Source: Vitrella brassicaformis CCMP3155
Lineage: Eukaryota; Protista; Chromerida
DNA: 64,000 nt
Assembly: GCA_001179505.1 (NCBI GenBank)
Contig: CDMY01000677.1
Coordinates: forward strand, 124,001-188,000
Direction: 5' to 3'
Shown piece by piece: positions 60,101 to 64,000 of this stretch. Each line of letters starts with the position of its first letter. The stretch's first letter is position 1. The translations under genes and the position numbers were made by a program. Under the pieces are notes generated by a model. It had not been told where the DNA came from. It worked only from the letters and a program-made list of their open reading frames with translations, and did not search any database.

Positions 60101-60600
60101 TCCACGTGTATGTGCGTGTGGGTGAGTGTGCAGCTCAAGATGTGGCGGGCGCATCAAGGACAACCTCTTGGCGGCAAGCTGCAATTTGGTGTTGTGCGAG
60201 ACACGGCGGTACACACACATAAGTGCCCGTCGGCTGACGATTGTAAGAATGTGTATTGGTGGCATATGTGTGTGCAGGAAGACGGAGCGTCAAGCTTTGG
60301 AGGCGATAGGCAACGAGACCAAATGCATGACCTTGATTCGCCGCCCCGAGTACGGCTCAACTATACGGATGGTGAGCGCCCACATGGTCGCACTCGACGT
60401 GCTGAGAGTGTTTCTTTGTCCCTATACTGCCTGCAGAGAGTGGACGCCCCGTTGCCCTGGACGGTCAGTCGCTGGAGAATGCCATCGCCAGCGCCCAGTC
60501 TTCCCTCAAGGATGACTCCCTGATGTCGTTCTTCGTTCCCAAGCGACCAGGCGGAGGGCAGTACATGATGCGGTATGTCATCAAGAGACCCTGACCCCAC
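57180..60600 (+). pseudogene. Hypothetical multi-exon gene with frameshift and nonsense lesions (probable pseudogene)
   Basis: Coding-like exons (KRKPLQKKPSEYAKFDFHNIMIHICVAHLG; FEQFAKVATPAFFETVQPVFVDNPTSE; RVRFDALMYKKYNIRRDQLDKLHNDM). A 19-bp tandem duplication at 58143-58180 shifts the frame; TGA at 58826. Confidence 0.55.
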
Positions 60601-61790
60601 ACACACACCCCTGTCGCAGCACTGTTTCCGTCCATTTCAATGTGTCAGTTGTCGATTCCCAGCGGACGGCGAGGCCTCAGAGAACGTTGACCAGGATGAC
60701 GACATCGACGCACCGGTCCCAGCCACACACAGACTAACAGCGGCTTCCTCCCATCTTCCCTCTGTCCCTGGTGCAGGCACCCGAGCCAGTCCGAGTACGT
60801 TTCGACACACTCATGTACCACAAGTACAACCTCTCACGTAAGGATCTCGACTCAGCTGACACTAAGATGAAAGCCAAGGCCAAGAAGATCGGTACGCCAG
60901 ACCACAACCCACACGCACACATTCATTGCTAAATCTGACACACTGGTGCATCAGGATTCGCGCTCACTGAGTTGACGTGCCAGTGGTCCAAGGGCATCCC
61001 CGACGCTTTCCAAAACGAAGCACAATTCACATGGAGTGAGCTGCCCCCCTCCCCCCGTCCAACCCCCCCACAACAACAACAATCATTGTCACTGCTTTCC
61101 TCCTGTCCCTTTTCTCTGCAGCCAAAGTTGAGAAGGACAAATCCAAGGAGACTGGCGACAAGGCCATCCTCGCTCCATTCGACAACGTCGCTGGTCAAGC
61201 TGCCGGAAAGGAGAGAAAGAAGGGCGAGGGCTCCAACGAATCGGGGGAGGCAAGTACGTCGGCAGGTAAGAAGGCGCACCGGCAGAAAGCAGAAAACACC
61301 AGCACCGAACACTCTCTTCCTATCGCCTACGCAGGTGCGCTGTACCTTCGGACACCGATCGAAACCCCGATGGCCTAGAATCAGACATAGATGGACTGGT
61401 ACGACTGGCGCACGCACACATGGCATGACATACAGGAACACGACACGTGTGTATGTCAGCCACCTGCCCCCCCGCGAGTTCGATTCGATGCCTTGATGTA
61501 CAAGAAGTACGGCATTCGGAGGGACCAACTTGACAAACTCCACAACGACATGCTGCGGAAGGCAAGCAGCTTGGGTACGATGAACCCAGCCCACATACAC
61601 GCCATCCCCCGAGTGCCATCCTCCTGCTACACTTGCTTTTCGCCCTGCAGTTACGAGCTGCGAGAATTGACATACGACTGGGTGGACGGCGTGCCCGACA
61701 CGCTCTTCGACGGCGCCAAACTCTCATTCGGTAAAACATGACCCACAACACTTCCACACGGGCTCCTGTTCATTCTGTCTGCTGTCATTC
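58648..61790 (+). repeat. Local segmental duplication: about 58648-58955 vs about 61470-61790 (exon-intron-exon block)
   Basis: Near-identical blocks cgagt.cgattcgatgc.ttgatgtacaagaa and gacatacgactgggtggacggcgtgcccgacacgctcttcgacggcgccaaactctcattcggtaaaacatgaccc. Confidence 0.92.
59010..59810 (+). repeat. Intronic reiterated about 100-bp element ending in (GATG)n (copies at about 59012-59115 and 59653-59810)
   Basis: Shared cattcctgcccgtcaag, ccccgaccgcagcaacg, cccccatcaggcc.caa.gatgaatg, plus local sub-duplications. Confidence 0.8.
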
Positions 61791-62080
61791 AAATCAATGC
61801 AGTGTCTCTGCCCCAGGGAAAGAAGCATCCCGATACGAACGAGAAACTGGTCCTCCGTCCCTTCAGCATTGCAGCTGGTGAGAAGCGGCAGGAGCACGAG
61901 ACCAACATTGACCAACAGACACTCGCTGGCTTTCAGCTGGCAATGCAACAATTCCAGGCGCAGGGCTGCCGCCGCTGCCCCTGCTGCCGGCCCATAGACG
62001 GACTTCACTTCATGGGCCGCCGCCCAAGACGCCAAAAAAACAAAAAGCGGCAGCAACAGACAGAGGGGGAGGCGATGGGA
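61100..62080 (+). CDS. Second (paralogous) copy of the hypothetical exon block, with downstream exons
   Basis: RVRFDALMYKKYGIRRDQLDKLHNDMLRK...YELRELTYDWVDGVPDTLFDGAKLSF without the TGA of copy 1; following exon GKKHPDTNEKLVLRPFSIAAGEKRQEHETNIDQQTLAGFQLAMQQFQAQ. Confidence 0.45.
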
Positions 62081-62756
62081 TGGTAGGGGATGCGATGGCA
62101 GCGAGGAAGGGCACGATGCCTGCACAGGGCCTGCATCGCTGCCTGCATTCTATATTTCCATGTCTCTTTCACTGGAACACGTGAGGAACGCTTTTCTGTC
62201 TCGATGTCTGCACAGGCTCAGTGCGGCTGAGTGCCCCAGATAATCGTTGCCTACACTTTATATCGTTGGTGCGTCTGTTCCCTTGGTCCGACCCCGCAAA
62301 GGACACATGAGTGTGTCATAGTTATGCGAACTCGTTACCATGCCATTCATTGTAAGCAGACGTCATTACATGTATGTGCTCGGGGCATCCACCACGATGC
62401 CTGTGATCCTACGTCTGCGTCTTATGTTTTGCCAAGTCATGGATGACTCTGCTTGCTGACGTGTCTCGGTGCGTTCATAAAGTCAGTGCGCTTAAGGCCA
62501 ATGCATCATTGCATGTCGTCAAAACATTCTCGCGTCCACTCATCAGAGACACGACAAGAGCACATGATTTACTTCCAGTGTTTTCCACGACCAGCCAGCG
62601 GCACAGCCATCGACAAGAACGACATGGATGTGACACCAGACCTCACACACGCCATTCAATCAAGCTGTTCGGCTATTCGAGGAGAGTCAAATGATTCGCA
62701 TCACCTCACCCTTTCACTGTCAGGTTCACCGCCCCACCGTCCCCGCCTTCTAGCAT

Positions 62757-64000
62757 AGCTGTCATCCTCTTGTTCCCTGCTGGGGTGCAAGCGTGGCCCA
62801 GGCTTGTGCTGTTGTCATGCCCGCGGCCATCAACGCCAGAACATTCCTCAGCAGCCGGCCGAAGGCGCGCACTGGTACTGCCAAATTGCCGAAGAGCAGC
62901 CGCTCATCATTGCTCAGCAGCTGGAGGATCAGCTGCAGTGTCTGGGGGAGCAGAGGGGGCCCTCCTGGTGCGGCTGGGGAGTCTCAGTCGTGTAGAGGTA
63001 AATCGCGCGATAGTATTCGTGGATGTGGGCGGCGAAGATGTCGTGCTCGCCCTCTCCGCATAGGTAGATGGAGCCGCTCCGCTCACCGTTGTTGGTGCTC
63101 ACCAGCCTCGTCTGACGACCCCAGGGGACGGCGGCCTGCAACGATGAGAACAGACAGGCATCCCAGACCTACGCAGCTTTTGACCTCGGTAGCTGGTCTA
63201 CTTGGGTCAGCAGACAGGCAGCTCGATTCCACTGAGCCTGGTCCTCGTGAGAGCTGAGAATACCGCTACTGCACGTCCGTTGCTCCTCAGACGAGAAACT
63301 AGGCAGAGAAACAGGGCAGACACACACACAGGTCGTCCATTTGTGCGGAAGTGGCTCCATGGGTCAAATCGCCTTACCGCGAGACGACCAGTTGCCGGAA
63401 GCTCAGGTGATCCACCTTGTCGTTGACTGATGGGTACCACCTCCCTTAGGTCACTGAAGGAAACACCTCATTGTGGACTGAAGGAAACACACATATGCAC
63501 ACAATGGCCCACACGTGAGCATCGCCCTGTTGTGCCATGGGTATTGTCGCTCTCACACTCCCCTCTTACGATTGGGTCCGTCGGGTCGAACGCATTGCCG
63601 AAAGCATGGTTGGCGGGGAGCGTCTGCTGTGTGTAGACAGTCACCACTGTCTCAGCCAGCTCTTCGACGCCGTCGGTCAGTGCGGTCTCGCCTCGCCTTG
63701 CCCCAGCACGTGGCCGAACAGCCTGCTCTGCTCGAGTGAGTCCGCCCGGCCGTCGAAGACCGCCTTGGACCCCACACGACGCATGTCCGCCGGCCTCACT
63801 GCGATAGGCAGCGAATCGATGGCCCGGCCGTGTCGGGCGATGCGCATCGGGCGAACCCATCCGCCCCACTGCCCGCCCTCCTCCAGCACGCACACCAACT
63901 TCAACAAGTACGCCACACGCGGCATGGCCTCGCCATCGTCCGGCTGGTAGCTGGCGTCCCAGGACAAGATGCCGCCGACCTGGTGGTCTGTGACGCAGCG
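62757..64000 (-). pseudogene. Frameshifted remnant of a lineage-specific multicopy family gene, continuing past the right edge
   Basis: RVAYLLKLVCVLEEGGQW...LFGHVLGQG shifts frame at a 5-bp duplication (63687-63697) into ETALTDGVEELA...DPTDPI. A second shift at about 62955-62965 lies between IYLYTTETPQPHQEG and PLLPQTLQLILQLL. Confidence 0.65.

Noticed and set aside
1-64000. Autonomous transposable element or viral insertion
   Set aside because: No reverse transcriptase, integrase, transposase or capsid motifs, and no long terminal or inverted repeats were recognised.

Overview
Gene-dense, intron-rich, GC-rich eukaryotic DNA. Short introns are packed with (TG)n/(CA)n, (TGTC)n and (GATG)n microsatellites. 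This style, the bipartite plastid leaders and the lineage-specific protein families suggest a chromerid alveolate such as Vitrella brassicaformis (inference). About 20 multi-exon genes are visible, mostly in tight head-to-head pairs. Recognisable genes: a PPM1G-like PP2C phosphatase, a plant PRT1-like RING+ZZ E3 ligase, an AN1 zinc-finger protein, a Cid1/TUT-family terminal nucleotidyltransferase, a C-terminal RING protein, a VWA protein, a LamG + Cys-rich + multi-TM surface protein, a plastid-targeted NDP kinase, a large secreted subtilase, an arylsulfotransferase and an SDR. There are also several decaying hypothetical genes. The most unusual elements are: (1) a 16-copy W-G-W-x-G-I-[G/A]-R repeat built from phase-compatible micro-exons at the N-terminus of the subtilase gene, which also carries several lesions; (2) a tandem pair of 59-nt tRNA-like structures with a reduced anticodon arm, better conserved than their flanks; (3) a PRT1-type N-recognin outside plants. 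All homology calls come from motif recognition and recall; no database search was run.
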